From NCBI GenBank assembly GCA_028284775.1, contig JANQRB010000154.1, positions 39,785 through 103,784 of the forward strand: DNA of 64,000 nucleotides. The letters run 5' to 3'. Under the pieces are notes generated by a model, which was not told where the DNA came from, ran no database searches, and was given only the letters and a program-made list of their open reading frames with translations. The translations under genes and the position numbers were made by a program. This DNA is from Candidatus Kapaibacterium sp. Its GTDB lineage: Bacteria > Bacteroidota > Ignavibacteria > Kapaibacteriales > UBA7675. Positions 10,942 to 21,620 of this stretch are shown one piece after another. Within the stretch, counting starts at the first letter, position 1, and each line of letters opens with the position of its first letter.

Positions 10942-12351
10942 ATGAATGTAGTATTAATCGGAATAATTGTCTACGTAGCACTCCAACTGGTTCTCGGTTT
11001 TGTCATCTCAAGAAAGATTCACACCGAATCGGACTTTTTACTGGCCGGGCGCAAGCTCGGTTACTGGCTTGCCGTTTTTTCGATTTTCGGCACCTGGTTT
11101 GGAGCTGAAACCTGTATCGGTACCGCAGGGGCGGCCTATTCCGATGGACTGGCAGGCGTAACGGCCGATCCCTTCGGCTATAGTATCTGCCTATTTCTGA
11201 TGGGCCTGCTGCTAGCCGTTCCCTTGTGGCGACTTAAGATCACAACGATTGCCGACTTTTTCCGTTTGCGCTATTCCGTTCTGGCTGAAAGGACGGTTGC
11301 CGTCATTATCGTGCCCGCCTCGGTGTTATGGGCCGCGGCCCAGATTCGCGCCTTTGGCCAGGTGCTGTCGGCCTCATCCGAGTTGACTCTTGGACTGGCA
11401 ATTGTCATTGCAACAACAGTTGTAATAATCTATACGGTATCCGGCGGACTGCTCGCCGATGCGATGACCGATATCATTCAAGGGGCCATTTTGATTATCG
11501 GCCTGGTGATCCTGGCATTTGTGATCAACAGCCATCTGGACGGAATTTTTTCAGCGCTGGCAGCTCTGCCGGACGACAAACTTAGCTTTGTTTCGGAGGC
11601 GGCGCGGCAGAGCGATTGGACGGCACTGGAGCTGATGGAGGCCTGGGCCGTTCCGATCTGCGGCTCGCTGGTAGCGCAGGAGCTGGTGGCGCGCGTTATC
11701 GCCTCGCGTTCACCAAAAGTGGCGCGTCGTTCCACTTTTATCGCCGCTTCGATGTATATCAGTGTCGGCTTAATGCCGCTGGCCTTTGGCCTCGTCGGCA
11801 GCACAATGATCGTCGGTCTGGAATTTCCCGAGCAGATATTGCCCAAGCTGGCGCAGCAGCACCTGCCGTCACTGGGTTACGTGATCTTCGCGGGCGCATT
11901 GGTATCCGCAATTCTGTCAACAGTTGATAGCGCCTTGCTTGCCGCCACCGCTCTCATCTCGCACAACGTCATCATACCCCTGCGACCGGCTATTTCCGAG
12001 AGACAAAAACTGCTGATCGAACGATGTGGCGTCGTAGTCTTCGGCATCATCGCTTTTGCACTGGCCCTGGCGGCCGACGGTGTCTATGCCCTGGTTGAGG
12101 AAGCGTCGGCTTTCGGCAGCGCCGGCGTCTTTATTGTTGTCTTGATCGGCTTGTTTACGCGTTTTGGCGGGCCGCGGAGTGCTATGACGGCACTCCTGGC
12201 CGGAGTCGTTGTTTATTTTCTGGCGGCTTTTGTTCTGGCCCTTCCTTACAGTTATCTGCTTTCCATCGCTGCCGCGCTGGGCGGATACCTGGCTGTCGGA
12301 TTCTTTGAGGACCGCGGCCCATCCATGTCTATGATGCATGCAAAGGCCTGA
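10942..12351 (+). CDS. Sodium:solute symporter family protein
   Basis: About 13 TM segments; DFLLAGR, TWFGAET, YTVSGGL..TDIIQG, SAILSTVDS. Confidence 0.92.
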   Translation: MNVVLIGIIVYVALQLVLGFVISRKIHTESDFLLAGRKLGYWLAVFSIFGTWFGAETCIGTAGAAYSDGLAGVTADPFGYSICLFLMGLLLAVPLWRLKITTIADFFRLRYSVLAERTVAVIIVPASVLWAAAQIRAFGQVLSASSELTLGLAIVIATTVVIIYTVSGGLLADAMTDIIQGAILIIGLVILAFVINSHLDGIFSALAALPDDKLSFVSEAARQSDWTALELMEAWAVPICGSLVAQELVARVIASRSPKVARRSTFIAASMYISVGLMPLAFGLVGSTMIVGLEFPEQILPKLAQQHLPSLGYVIFAGALVSAILSTVDSALLAATALISHNVIIPLRPAISERQKLLIERCGVVVFGIIAFALALAADGVYALVEEASAFGSAGVFIVVLIGLFTRFGGPRSAMTALLAGVVVYFLAAFVLALPYSYLLSIAAALGGYLAVGFFEDRGPSMSMMHAKA

Positions 12352-12399
12352 ATTGCGCCGGCACAAGACCGCCCTCCGTTCCTTGCGTGCAGCAGACTG

Positions 12400-13149
12400 C
12401 TACATACCGTTTTGCGTCAGCCGTTTAAGCAATGCTTCCTTTTTGCTGCGTGCCACGATGACGCTTGAATTGTCGGAGGTAATGACGTGACCGCCTTCGC
12501 CGCGAATATAGCGAACCACGTGATTCAGGTTAATCAAATGCGAATGGTGAATACGAAAGAAGTTGTGTTTCGACAATAGTTTGTCATAGGCCTTTAGTGG
12601 TCTGGAGATTAACAGCTCCTGCGAATCAGCGAGAAAAACGCGCGTATAATTGCCGTCAGCTTCACAGCGAATGACATCCTGAATCTTGACAAAGAGCATA
12701 CCGTCGGCGGTGGGTAAGCCGATCCGTTCGCCCTGGTTTTGCATTCTCACCACGTTGCTGAAGATATTTTGCATGGCAACATCCGGATGTTCCCGCAGGC
12801 GGCGTTCCGCTTCGTGCACAGCGGCCTTAAGATCTTCAACGGCGATCGGTTTCAAGAGATAATCGATGGCATGAACTTTAATCGCCCGGAGGGCATATTG
12901 ATTGTGAGCGGTCGTGATGACAATCTCGAAGCGAATATCGGAAATGCGATCCAGCACATCGAAACCCGTACCAAAGGGCATTTCGATATCCAGAAAAACG
13001 AGCTCGGGCGATTCCCGCTCGATGAGTGCCGCTCCGGTGTCAATGGAATTGGCGATGCCGCAGACTTCTACTTCGGGGCAATGCCGCTGTAGCAACAGAT
13101 CCAGCGTCTCACTGCTTAACTCTTCATCGTCAATAATCACCGCGCGCAT
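12400..13149 (-). CDS. LytTR-family response regulator
   Basis: Receiver domain (IIDDE, FLDIEMP, DYLLKP) plus LytTR domain (EADGNYT, FFRIHHSHLINL). Confidence 0.95.
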   Translation of the reverse strand: MRAVIIDDEELSSETLDLLLQRHCPEVEVCGIANSIDTGAALIERESPELVFLDIEMPFGTGFDVLDRISDIRFEIVITTAHNQYALRAIKVHAIDYLLKPIAVEDLKAAVHEAERRLREHPDVAMQNIFSNVVRMQNQGERIGLPTADGMLFVKIQDVIRCEADGNYTRVFLADSQELLISRPLKAYDKLLSKHNFFRIHHSHLINLNHVVRYIRGEGGHVITSDNSSVIVARSKKEALLKRLTQNGM

Positions 13150-13233
13150 TGTATCAATCCTTCCTATAGTAAGACAAGCTCAATCTCGCGCATTCTTTGC
13201 AATCGGCGGCGGCGTTCCGCCCATATCACAGCC

Positions 13234-16200
13234 CTATTGGATCGGAATCAATATCTCCACGCGAGTACCCGCGGGCTGTCCGTTCTCGTCTTGCAAGTCT
13301 ATCACTTTTATGTCAAAATCATTGTCTGAAATGGACGACAGCATCGCAATTCGTTCGTTTGATGTGTGCATCCCACGCGAAATGTGATGCCGTCGGGAAT
13401 TAGCGAGTACTTCGGCGGCTTTGGCGCGTCCAATCCCATTGTCTTCGACAAGGCATAAGACCTGCTCGTTGGTACCGCTGATACTGAGCCGCAATCGCCC
13501 TTTGCTTGCCCGGTGCGCCAGGCCGTGCTTAATGGCATTTTCGACGAAGGGCTGGATTAGTAGTGGAGGCACCAGGACCTTGTGCAAGGCCAGGCTCTGA
13601 TCGATATCGATGTGGTAACTGAACTTGTCGCGAAAGCGTAAGGCTTCCAGCTCGATATAGTATTGGAGCGCCTTGATATCCTCTTCCAGCGATATCGCTT
13701 CACAATTCGAACTCTCGAGCACCGAACGCATTAGTTTGGCAAATTTGTTAAGATAGGAGTGTGCCGCCACCGCATCATTTTTTGTGATGAAATTCACAAT
13801 CGAATTGAGCGAGTTAAAGATAAAATGAGGATTCATCTGGGCTCGCAGGGATTGCAGCCTGAACTCGACCAACTTCCGATTGGTGCGTTCCTGGCGCTGC
13901 ACCGTCCGCAAGCGGGTGATGACGGCGCCCGTCAGCAGGGCTAATGCCAGCATAGCTATCATTGCCCGGAACCACCAAGTTTGCCAGAATGCGGGAATGA
14001 TCCGGATTCCTATCCGGGCTTCTCGCTTCGTCTGCGATGAACTGCCGCCCAATTCGCGTACGCGAAACAAGTAGTTCCCGGGAGCGACATTCGTGAAAGA
14101 GGCCACGGGATGGCGACCATCGGTAACGCGCCAGACGTCGCTAAAGTTATCCAATCGGTATTCGTAGCGAATGTGTTGCGGCGAATCAAAATTTAATGCC
14201 GCAAAGCCGAGCGAGAAAAAGTTCTCGTCGTGTTGTAGCTCAATTTCACGTTTAAGGAAAATCGATGTGTCCAGACGCGCCGCTTGATCGAAGATGGCAA
14301 AGGTCGTTATTGTCATCGTTCTGGAGCCGCGGTCGGATACGACGCTATCGGGGTGGAAATCTACGTAGCCGCCTAAACCGCCAAAGTACAGGCGGCCGGA
14401 GTTATCCTTCCACGATGTAGTTAAGTGGAATTCTTTCACGCCGATTCCGTCCGGCTCGGCAAAATTGATGAATCGTTCCTGCTCCGGATCGAAGTGCGAA
14501 ATGCCGAACATTGTACTGATCCACCAATGGCCGTTGTTGTCTTGCAGAATAGCACGCGTGAAGTTGGAAGCCAGCCCGTGCTCTTCTGTGAAGCGGCGAT
14601 TCTTGCCGCTGCGAGGATCAAAACGATTGATGCCGCCTCCGGCGGTGGCCAGCCAGAGAAATCCATCTTCATCTTCGCGGATAACCCAGACGCGATCGTC
14701 GCTGATCGTCGTTGTGTCATTGCCGATCGAACGAAAGACGGAGAAGTTGTCGTCGACAGGATTATAACGATTCAAGCCCCTATCCGTACCGATCCAGAGC
14801 CTGTTCCGACGATCACGGTGCATACACAGTATATTGTCGTTGCTGATGCTGTGCGGATCGCTTTCGTTGTAGTAGTAAAGCTGCCAGGTACTATCGTGTT
14901 TTCGTAGTCGATTGAGACCCCAGTGGAGCACGCCGACCCACAAGTCGTCAGCTGTTTCATCCAAACTCCAAATTCCCCAGCCAAACATTTGATTGACATG
15001 CATTTTTTTCCGGACACTCAGATACTTTCTGTCGGATCGATATTGTTGCCGCAAAAGCAGCTCCCGAGAATAAAGGTACAATCCGTTATTGGTCCCAAGC
15101 CAGAAATTGCCGTCGTCACTTGCTTTGATAAAGTTAATGATGTTTATCTCGCTCGAGTACATGTCGGTTATCGGCGCAATGTGTTGCCGGAATACCTGCT
15201 CGCCGGGCTTGCGATAATTAAGCCCGCGGCCGGCTGTTCCAACCCAGACTTCACCGTCGTCATGGACAAAGAGAGAGCGAATTTTGTTGTGGCTCAGGCT
15301 GGTGCTGTCGCTGGGGCTGTAACTGACATTGCTGAAGATTTGCGCATCGAGATGCGCGCGGCTGATGCCGTTGTCGGTACCGATCCAGAGGTAGCCGTTG
15401 CGATCTTCGAATAGACAGTTAACATCGTTGCCGCTCAAGCTGTGGGGATTGCAAACATCATTCATGTAGTGGCGATTGGCAGCGGTCTTCGTATCGAAAA
15501 CCATCAGGCCCCAGCGAAACGATCCCACGAGAAGGGTACCGCTTCTGGAACGCAGGACGGAGCGCTGGGGGATATTCCGAAGCGAGAAGTATTGAATGTT
15601 GTCCAAACTTCGCTGGCCGATCTTTCCATCATAAATCGGTAGTATGATCGCTTGCCCAAATCCGGATGCAAGGATATTGTTGTCATGATCGATTGCGATT
15701 CGTCCCAGCAGAATCGAGTCGAGCAGCCTGTAGTTGGCATTAACATTCCGATTGACGAAACAATCGTGTTCGGCCACGTATCGTTGCAAACCGTTCACAT
15801 TCGACAACATCCAGACATTCTGCTCACGATCGCTCGCGATGGAGTGAAAGCCGCCGTCCACCGTCGAGTAAACATCATTCGAATCATGATAGAAACGTTT
15901 GATTGTGCCTGTCCGTTTGTCGATGCGATTGAGATGGGCGCTGCCGTCTTTAGTCACGCACCAGATCGTGTTGTCCGGGCCTTCGCAGATGCTGTGTACA
16001 TTGTTGCCGCTCAGGCTAAACGAATCGGTTGGTACATGTGAAAAACGTTCAAAGTCATCGCTGACATGATTATATCTGCAAACGCCGCTCGCGGACGTCG
16101 CGACCCAAAGTGTCCCCTCGCTGTCGACTATCATGGATCGTACGCCGCCTGGCCCGATCGAATTTGAGTCAAGGGTTTCGTGGATATAACTGTGAAAGCG

Positions 16201-16623
16201 ATAGCCATCAAAGCGCACCAGCGCGGTACGCAGGCCAAACCACATAAAGCCGAGGCTGTCCTGGGTGATTGAAAGTACGTGATGATCCGGCAAGCCATCG
16301 CTGACGCCGTAGCGCTGAAACCTGATGTTGGAGTTAATCGCAGCGGATATGCCATACTGCCAAACCATCAAGAGAAGGAATACAAGCAGGGCTGTGCGGC
16401 GCGGATAAAGCTGTGGAGCACATCCCTTCCTCACAAAAAAGGATGTATTGTGGCTCTCGGGATCTAAACGATCTATTCGATTCGCACCTGGACCTCCCGG
16501 AAGTCGTCGTCCGAACATTCTCTTCCTCGGCATTGCATGCCGAGGATTCCCGGGTGGCACAGGCTGGCCGCAGCCGCCGGTCGGACGCCGTAGACAAGGG
16601 GAGACAGGATGCAAGGTATTCAT
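13234..16623 (-). CDS. LytS-type sensor histidine kinase with periplasmic beta-propeller and Y_Y_Y domain (start uncertain, may be further downstream)
   Basis: Repeated DxxGxLWxGT blades, Y_Y_Y-like segment, PAFWQTWWF TM, LRAQMNPHFIFNSLNSI, QPFVENAIKHG, DNGIG. Confidence 0.9.
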   Translation of the reverse strand: MNTLHPVSPCLRRPTGGCGQPVPPGNPRHAMPRKRMFGRRLPGGPGANRIDRLDPESHNTSFFVRKGCAPQLYPRRTALLVFLLLMVWQYGISAAINSNIRFQRYGVSDGLPDHHVLSITQDSLGFMWFGLRTALVRFDGYRFHSYIHETLDSNSIGPGGVRSMIVDSEGTLWVATSASGVCRYNHVSDDFERFSHVPTDSFSLSGNNVHSICEGPDNTIWCVTKDGSAHLNRIDKRTGTIKRFYHDSNDVYSTVDGGFHSIASDREQNVWMLSNVNGLQRYVAEHDCFVNRNVNANYRLLDSILLGRIAIDHDNNILASGFGQAIILPIYDGKIGQRSLDNIQYFSLRNIPQRSVLRSRSGTLLVGSFRWGLMVFDTKTAANRHYMNDVCNPHSLSGNDVNCLFEDRNGYLWIGTDNGISRAHLDAQIFSNVSYSPSDSTSLSHNKIRSLFVHDDGEVWVGTAGRGLNYRKPGEQVFRQHIAPITDMYSSEINIINFIKASDDGNFWLGTNNGLYLYSRELLLRQQYRSDRKYLSVRKKMHVNQMFGWGIWSLDETADDLWVGVLHWGLNRLRKHDSTWQLYYYNESDPHSISNDNILCMHRDRRNRLWIGTDRGLNRYNPVDDNFSVFRSIGNDTTTISDDRVWVIREDEDGFLWLATAGGGINRFDPRSGKNRRFTEEHGLASNFTRAILQDNNGHWWISTMFGISHFDPEQERFINFAEPDGIGVKEFHLTTSWKDNSGRLYFGGLGGYVDFHPDSVVSDRGSRTMTITTFAIFDQAARLDTSIFLKREIELQHDENFFSLGFAALNFDSPQHIRYEYRLDNFSDVWRVTDGRHPVASFTNVAPGNYLFRVRELGGSSSQTKREARIGIRIIPAFWQTWWFRAMIAMLALALLTGAVITRLRTVQRQERTNRKLVEFRLQSLRAQMNPHFIFNSLNSIVNFITKNDAVAAHSYLNKFAKLMRSVLESSNCEAISLEEDIKALQYYIELEALRFRDKFSYHIDIDQSLALHKVLVPPLLIQPFVENAIKHGLAHRASKGRLRLSISGTNEQVLCLVEDNGIGRAKAAEVLANSRRHHISRGMHTSNERIAMLSSISDNDFDIKVIDLQDENGQPAGTRVEILIPIQ

Positions 16624-16643
16624 TGTTTGCCAGGCTTGTACGT

Positions 16644-19106
16644 TCACCAGCCATAAAGCAGAAAGCCCGACCAGCGAACCGGATGAGCTGAATAGTCTTT
16701 CTGAAGTCGAGCCAGTTTGGCCGCGCGCAAGCTCGCTTCGGGCGAGAGTCCTTTCATCAAGCCGGCATAGTAGTCCCGCCACAAAAACCGGGTATATTTA
16801 CTGCTGGCTTTCCAGAGCGAAACCGCCACACAAGTGTTTTCACAACTCAATATACCGCCCAGAACCGCAGACAGCGCACGCGCACTTACCAATTGATTGT
16901 CACGGCAATCGCAATAGGGCAGCGCCACCCACCGCTCACTCCAGTCCAGCCTGAAACTCTCGGCGCTGGTCATAACACCATCATTTGCCGTATCCTCGCC
17001 GTCCGGGTTTGCCAGCAAGAGACCAGAGAGGGCGGGCGCGAGCCGATGGTAAAAACAATGGCTTGCGAGATGCAGCGTATTGTGTGTTGCGACGGCAGCC
17101 CGCAGTGCCGCTTCGTTTGCCCGGCAGTCGGCGGCCAGCACCCCGTCACCGTCCAGATCACTGATCGCGGCAAACGACGCCTCCGTTTCACGCCTGGCAC
17201 TTCGTAGGGTTCGAATGCCTGAATCTTTTGTAAAGAGCGTCGACATTGCCGGAATCCGATGTGCGTTGCTGTGCAATTCCGGATAAGCGATTGCTGCGGA
17301 ACCCGAACAGGCTGTGTCGCCGAAATCAGGAGCGAAGCCGGCAAACTGAAGCTCGCGTGGCGGTGCCTGAAGTTTGCGCCACTCGTGCCGGGCCGCCCGT
17401 CGGGCGAACTGCGTCGCAGAGAAATGATAAGCGAAGCTGCGTGTCAGAAGGGGGTAGCGATACTGGCTGAAATCGCCGGGTTTGCGTTTCAGTCGTGAAC
17501 CGGCGTGGAGTGCTTCAAAGGGTATGGAATACAGCTGCCCTTCCGGTACGATGATCAGCGAAGTAATGTCAGCTCCAAGTCGGTCCAGGGCCGGCGCCAG
17601 TAGCAGGTCATACAGCCTCTTCAGATTTTTGGTCAGCTCATTCGCTCGTCCAAGCCGAATCTCATAGTACATAGCAGCGACGACATCGGGAATACTCGAA
17701 TCCGCCCGACAGGCGATAAGATGCAAATCTTCAGCCGTAAGGAGCAATAGATAGATTCGGCCGGGGCCGTAGGAATAGCTCAACAAGGCTTCGTCGGGCT
17801 GCAATCGGCGCTGCACTTCCTCGGAGCCCGCCGGTGCCGCCGGCCAGCGCATCGAGGCGAGGCGGGGAAGAATTTTGCGCCAGCCTTTGCGAAGCTCTGC
17901 CAATTGCTCTAAAAGCGCCTGCCGTTCTGTAATGAAAGCGGGATTTGCGGAGCTGAATTCTCTCGTCGCATCCAACCGGAGCAGTTGCCGATTGTTTCGA
18001 TTGACAGCTTCAACCAGGCTGTCGCGGGCGAAGTGGCGCCGCTCAAGGTCAAGCGCGAGATAAGCATCCCAGCTTGCAAGCCGCTTGCGAAATTCGGCGA
18101 AAAAAAAGGTCGCACTGCGATAATCGGCATGCCGGGTCTTCTGAAAGGCAAACACCGCCGCCGCGAGTGCATGCGGCATGTGCTGGCGGTCAAGCTGTCG
18201 GATCCAGAATCTGCTGGCCGGGCCGCCATAGGATGCGCGATACGCGTCCAGTGCTTCCGCTCCTCTGCGGAAATTCGTCAGTCCCGACAGAAGGTCACGA
18301 AGGTCATGCGATTCAAAAAGGTAGACCCTGACAAAAAGTTGAGCCTTCAGTAGAAGACTCTCCGTCAGCAGCCCTTGCGCGGCAGCGCTTGCGAGAACAG
18401 GCACATCACCAGTCAGACTATCCGCTTCCCAGCCGAGCAGAGAACGCAGGCTGTATTGAATGTGCCCGAGTCCCCGTGCATATCGGCCTTGAAGGAGCAT
18501 TGTTTTGGCGGTCTGAATGTAGGAGTAGGCCAGGAGAGTAGCCGTATCTCCGCCGATGGCCCGACTGAGTCGCCACGCTCTAGTGTGATAGCTCAAGGCG
18601 GAATCGAAGGAATGGCCTTCCCGCCACGCAGCGCCGAAATTGTTGAGCAGCAACACGTCCCTGGCATTGGGCTGTATGCCCGCCTTGAAACGCAAGGAAA
18701 TAGAACGTTGCAGTGCCTTATGCGCCGAATCATAGTTGCCTTGGGCTGCAAAGGCGAAGGCCATACTATGCGCAAGATCGGCGGCGCGAGCACGATCGTT
18801 GTTATCGTCGAGAGTACAGGATGCCAGCACAGGCCGAAGCAGATGAAGAGCCGAGTCCGGATAGTTGGATTCGACCAGGGCATGCGCGCGATCGCGTTGA
18901 CGGATTGTAGACTTACGTTGATCCGAAAGCCCGTCGGAGCTGCCATAGCGCAGATTGAGAATCTCGTTCAGAGACAAGAAGTCATACGGTGAGGCGAAAT
19001 TGCGTTCCTGCCCGAAGTCGGAGGGCAAAGACTGCTCGGCTTTGAGCTGCGCCGCGCAGGCAGCTATCATTAGCATCGAGCAAAACACACAAGCATACCA
19101 AGACAT
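16644..19106 (-). CDS. Secreted TPR plus CHAT (caspase-like) domain protein
   Basis: Signal-like N-terminus, TPR-like helices, LYDLLLAP, IVPEGQLYSIPFEAL, HLASH, SLWK, LRAAKL, HPVRWSGF. Confidence 0.82.
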   Translation of the reverse strand: MSWYACVFCSMLMIAACAAQLKAEQSLPSDFGQERNFASPYDFLSLNEILNLRYGSSDGLSDQRKSTIRQRDRAHALVESNYPDSALHLLRPVLASCTLDDNNDRARAADLAHSMAFAFAAQGNYDSAHKALQRSISLRFKAGIQPNARDVLLLNNFGAAWREGHSFDSALSYHTRAWRLSRAIGGDTATLLAYSYIQTAKTMLLQGRYARGLGHIQYSLRSLLGWEADSLTGDVPVLASAAAQGLLTESLLLKAQLFVRVYLFESHDLRDLLSGLTNFRRGAEALDAYRASYGGPASRFWIRQLDRQHMPHALAAAVFAFQKTRHADYRSATFFFAEFRKRLASWDAYLALDLERRHFARDSLVEAVNRNNRQLLRLDATREFSSANPAFITERQALLEQLAELRKGWRKILPRLASMRWPAAPAGSEEVQRRLQPDEALLSYSYGPGRIYLLLLTAEDLHLIACRADSSIPDVVAAMYYEIRLGRANELTKNLKRLYDLLLAPALDRLGADITSLIIVPEGQLYSIPFEALHAGSRLKRKPGDFSQYRYPLLTRSFAYHFSATQFARRAARHEWRKLQAPPRELQFAGFAPDFGDTACSGSAAIAYPELHSNAHRIPAMSTLFTKDSGIRTLRSARRETEASFAAISDLDGDGVLAADCRANEAALRAAVATHNTLHLASHCFYHRLAPALSGLLLANPDGEDTANDGVMTSAESFRLDWSERWVALPYCDCRDNQLVSARALSAVLGGILSCENTCVAVSLWKASSKYTRFLWRDYYAGLMKGLSPEASLRAAKLARLQKDYSAHPVRWSGFLLYGW

Positions 19107-19137
19107 ATCAGAAATCCCGACGATGCCTTATCAACGC

Positions 19138-19656
19138 TTAGGCCTCTGATGAAAGGTCTTGTTCATCGCCCGCCAACTCCCCCAGCTCCTTGTCGATGAG
19201 GTAGAGACCGTTCTTCTCATCGTCTACCAGTCTGACTTTATCGAGCACGTTGCGGAAGAGCGTTTCTTCTTCATGCTGTTCATTGACATACCACTGCAGA
19301 AAGGTAAAAGTGGAATAATCCTTTTCACCGAGGCAAAGGTCGACCACATTATGAATGTGTTTCGTCACTTCCATTTCATGCTGCAGAGCGCTTTCCAGCA
19401 TATCCTTGATCGACGAAAAATTCTCAGGCGGCTGTTTGACGGCGGGGGCGATAGCCTGACCGCCGCGTTCATTGATGTAATGAAACAATTTCAACATGTG
19501 CATCCGTTCTTCATCGGAGTGCCCAAACATAAACTTGGCCGCGCCGCCGAAGCCTTGCGCATCACACCAGGATGCCATTGCCAGATAGTAATTTGACGCG
19601 TATGCCTCGTGAATAATCTGATTGTTGAGGGCCTTGGCGATGGGAAGAGAGAGCAT
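19138..19656 (-). CDS. ftnA: Non-heme ferritin
   Basis: LNNQIIHE, YLAMASW, EERMH, FLQWYVNEQHEEE ferroxidase motifs. Confidence 0.95.
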   Translation of the reverse strand: MLSLPIAKALNNQIIHEAYASNYYLAMASWCDAQGFGGAAKFMFGHSDEERMHMLKLFHYINERGGQAIAPAVKQPPENFSSIKDMLESALQHEMEVTKHIHNVVDLCLGEKDYSTFTFLQWYVNEQHEEETLFRNVLDKVRLVDDEKNGLYLIDKELGELAGDEQDLSSEA

Positions 19657-19694
19657 GGACTATTCTATGCTGAGTTAGCGAATACCTTTGCGCA

Positions 19695-19702
19695 CAAATA
19701 TA
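19695..19702 (-). promoter_or_regulatory. Bacteroidota-type -7 promoter box for ferritin
   Basis: TATATTTG on the minus strand fits TAnnTTTG; similar boxes precede lysA (33118-33125) and archease (36085-36092). Confidence 0.5.
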
Positions 19703-20060
19703 GCTGAATAAAGCGAATTCGAAAATGAGGCGTCGCGAAACATCCTGAAACGGACGAGCCTCTTCACCCATGTAAACGATGCAAACTTTCACTTGCTGCG
19801 CAGTGCACGTTCACTTGATAGGGTAAAGAGGCTCAGTGCCACCCATTTATACACTTTCTGATTGTCAATGTTTGTTTGATTTTGCGGCTTCTGTGCCCGC
19901 CGTAAAAACAACGAGGGCAATGTAATTGAATCCACTGCACAGGCCAATCTCAAGTGTACGGTTGACGGAATTCGATGTATGGCTTACAAGAATTCCATGA
20001 TCTTTGGCGAAAGAGCTGGCGTTCGATTCTGCAATCGACCGCCTCGTTTCTTCGGGAGAC

Positions 20061-21620
20061 TCAGACGATGGCGCGATTTGTCGACTCTTTGCTCGGCTGC
20101 AACTGACTTAAGCGGGCGAGTACCAGCTTCCACAGCACCTCAAAAGGGATCACTTCGGTGACTTCAAGCACATTGCGAAAATCGGTCTGTGGAGCAACAA
20201 GTCGCGTGTAATACGGCCGTGCCCTGGCTTCCGTTTTGCTGTAATCGAAGTCTTTTTCAATCATAATCCTCAGCATACGCAGGAAGCAATTCGTTCGGTA
20301 GTATTCTTCTTTGCGTAGATAGCGGCTTGTGTACTGTCGAATAGTTTCGGCGCGGTCCAGAATGCCGTTCAGATCATTGTTGTCAAGTAAAAACAGGATG
20401 TGAACAATGAGGATGGGAACATAGAATCCACTTTTGTCCTTGCTGAAAATCGGTACTTCATTGAGGAATTTGTACAAGTAAAAACGCCGACCGAAGGCTG
20501 TCAGTTTCTCGGAAATCTGTTCATCCGGATGATTGGTCAGAATGTAGCGGAGGTATGCTTCCAGTATTTTCCAGCGTTCGATGGTCTGAGGGTTGGCGTA
20601 TTCAAAGCGGCGGTGGCTTACGATCGTCGTAAAGATCTCGACAGCTTTGTGGTAGTTGTCGGTGTGCATCGAGAGCAGAAAGTAATACTCCTGGAAGAGA
20701 AACCAATTCGGCTGACCGACAACAAAATGATGAAGCCACTCATCAGCAAAGACGCGACCGTTGTCATAATCCCGCAGGTAGGTGTAGCTGACAAGTTTCC
20801 AGATAGCATTTTCGGCCAGGCGCGCTTTGTTGTAAAAATGCGGATGTTTCAGAAAATATGCTTCCTGTTCGTTGCACACTTCAAGCACACCTTCATAGTC
20901 CCGCGCAAGCTGCTTCAGAAGTGCTTTAACTCTGAAGTAGGTGAAATTCAACAGCCTGGTCTTGAACGTACTTCTCAGGCTGTCGATTTCCTTGCAATAT
21001 GTTTCCACCAGTGCCAGGAGCTCCGGTTTGTATGATTTAGACTTAGAGTATTCCAGAGCGATGAAATCGTAAAGGCCTTCGGCCTTCGTTTCCGCTTCCA
21101 ATGTTAATAATGCCTCCTGCAGCAAGCTCGAAGACTGTTCGAACTCAGTTCGGTCGCCGCTGAGACTGTAGTGCCGACGCGCCAGCCGGGCGCACTGAAA
21201 GACAACATCTGTTAGATCAAACTTTTGCGCTTTGACTAGAGTGCGCTTGATCAGGGAGATTGCGCTCATTCGCGCACCGAGCGCCACGAGCAGTCTTGCA
21301 CAGACAACGTTGCGGCCGCATTGGTGCATCGCTTCCGTTACGGCGCCGAACTTAGGCTGGCGAATTTCAACCGACATTAGCGACTGCAGCAGGATTTCCT
21401 TAAACCGTGATTTCAGAACAGCATAGCGATTGTCGGGAACTTCGCTCTGATAGATATGGCGAGCCGCGGCGCGATCATTGCTAAATCTGCCGGATGTAAT
21501 GCCGTCGTAGAGCTGTTCGAAGTTGGTGGATTCGTTTCCGCGACCTTGATTTTCGAATAGTCGTGACTTTTTGACCCCAACCCATGTAAGAATTTGGATC
21601 ATCTCACGTAATCTTCTCAT
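20061..21620 (-). CDS. Uncharacterised 519-aa alpha-helical protein; possible N-terminal HTH plus TPR-like solenoid
   Basis: Long ORF with no signal peptide; helical pattern throughout; N-terminal ...DRAAARHIY...RYAVLKSRFKE resembles an HTH (inference). Confidence 0.75.
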   Translation of the reverse strand: MRRLREMIQILTWVGVKKSRLFENQGRGNESTNFEQLYDGITSGRFSNDRAAARHIYQSEVPDNRYAVLKSRFKEILLQSLMSVEIRQPKFGAVTEAMHQCGRNVVCARLLVALGARMSAISLIKRTLVKAQKFDLTDVVFQCARLARRHYSLSGDRTEFEQSSSLLQEALLTLEAETKAEGLYDFIALEYSKSKSYKPELLALVETYCKEIDSLRSTFKTRLLNFTYFRVKALLKQLARDYEGVLEVCNEQEAYFLKHPHFYNKARLAENAIWKLVSYTYLRDYDNGRVFADEWLHHFVVGQPNWFLFQEYYFLLSMHTDNYHKAVEIFTTIVSHRRFEYANPQTIERWKILEAYLRYILTNHPDEQISEKLTAFGRRFYLYKFLNEVPIFSKDKSGFYVPILIVHILFLLDNNDLNGILDRAETIRQYTSRYLRKEEYYRTNCFLRMLRIMIEKDFDYSKTEARARPYYTRLVAPQTDFRNVLEVTEVIPFEVLWKLVLARLSQLQPSKESTNRAIV

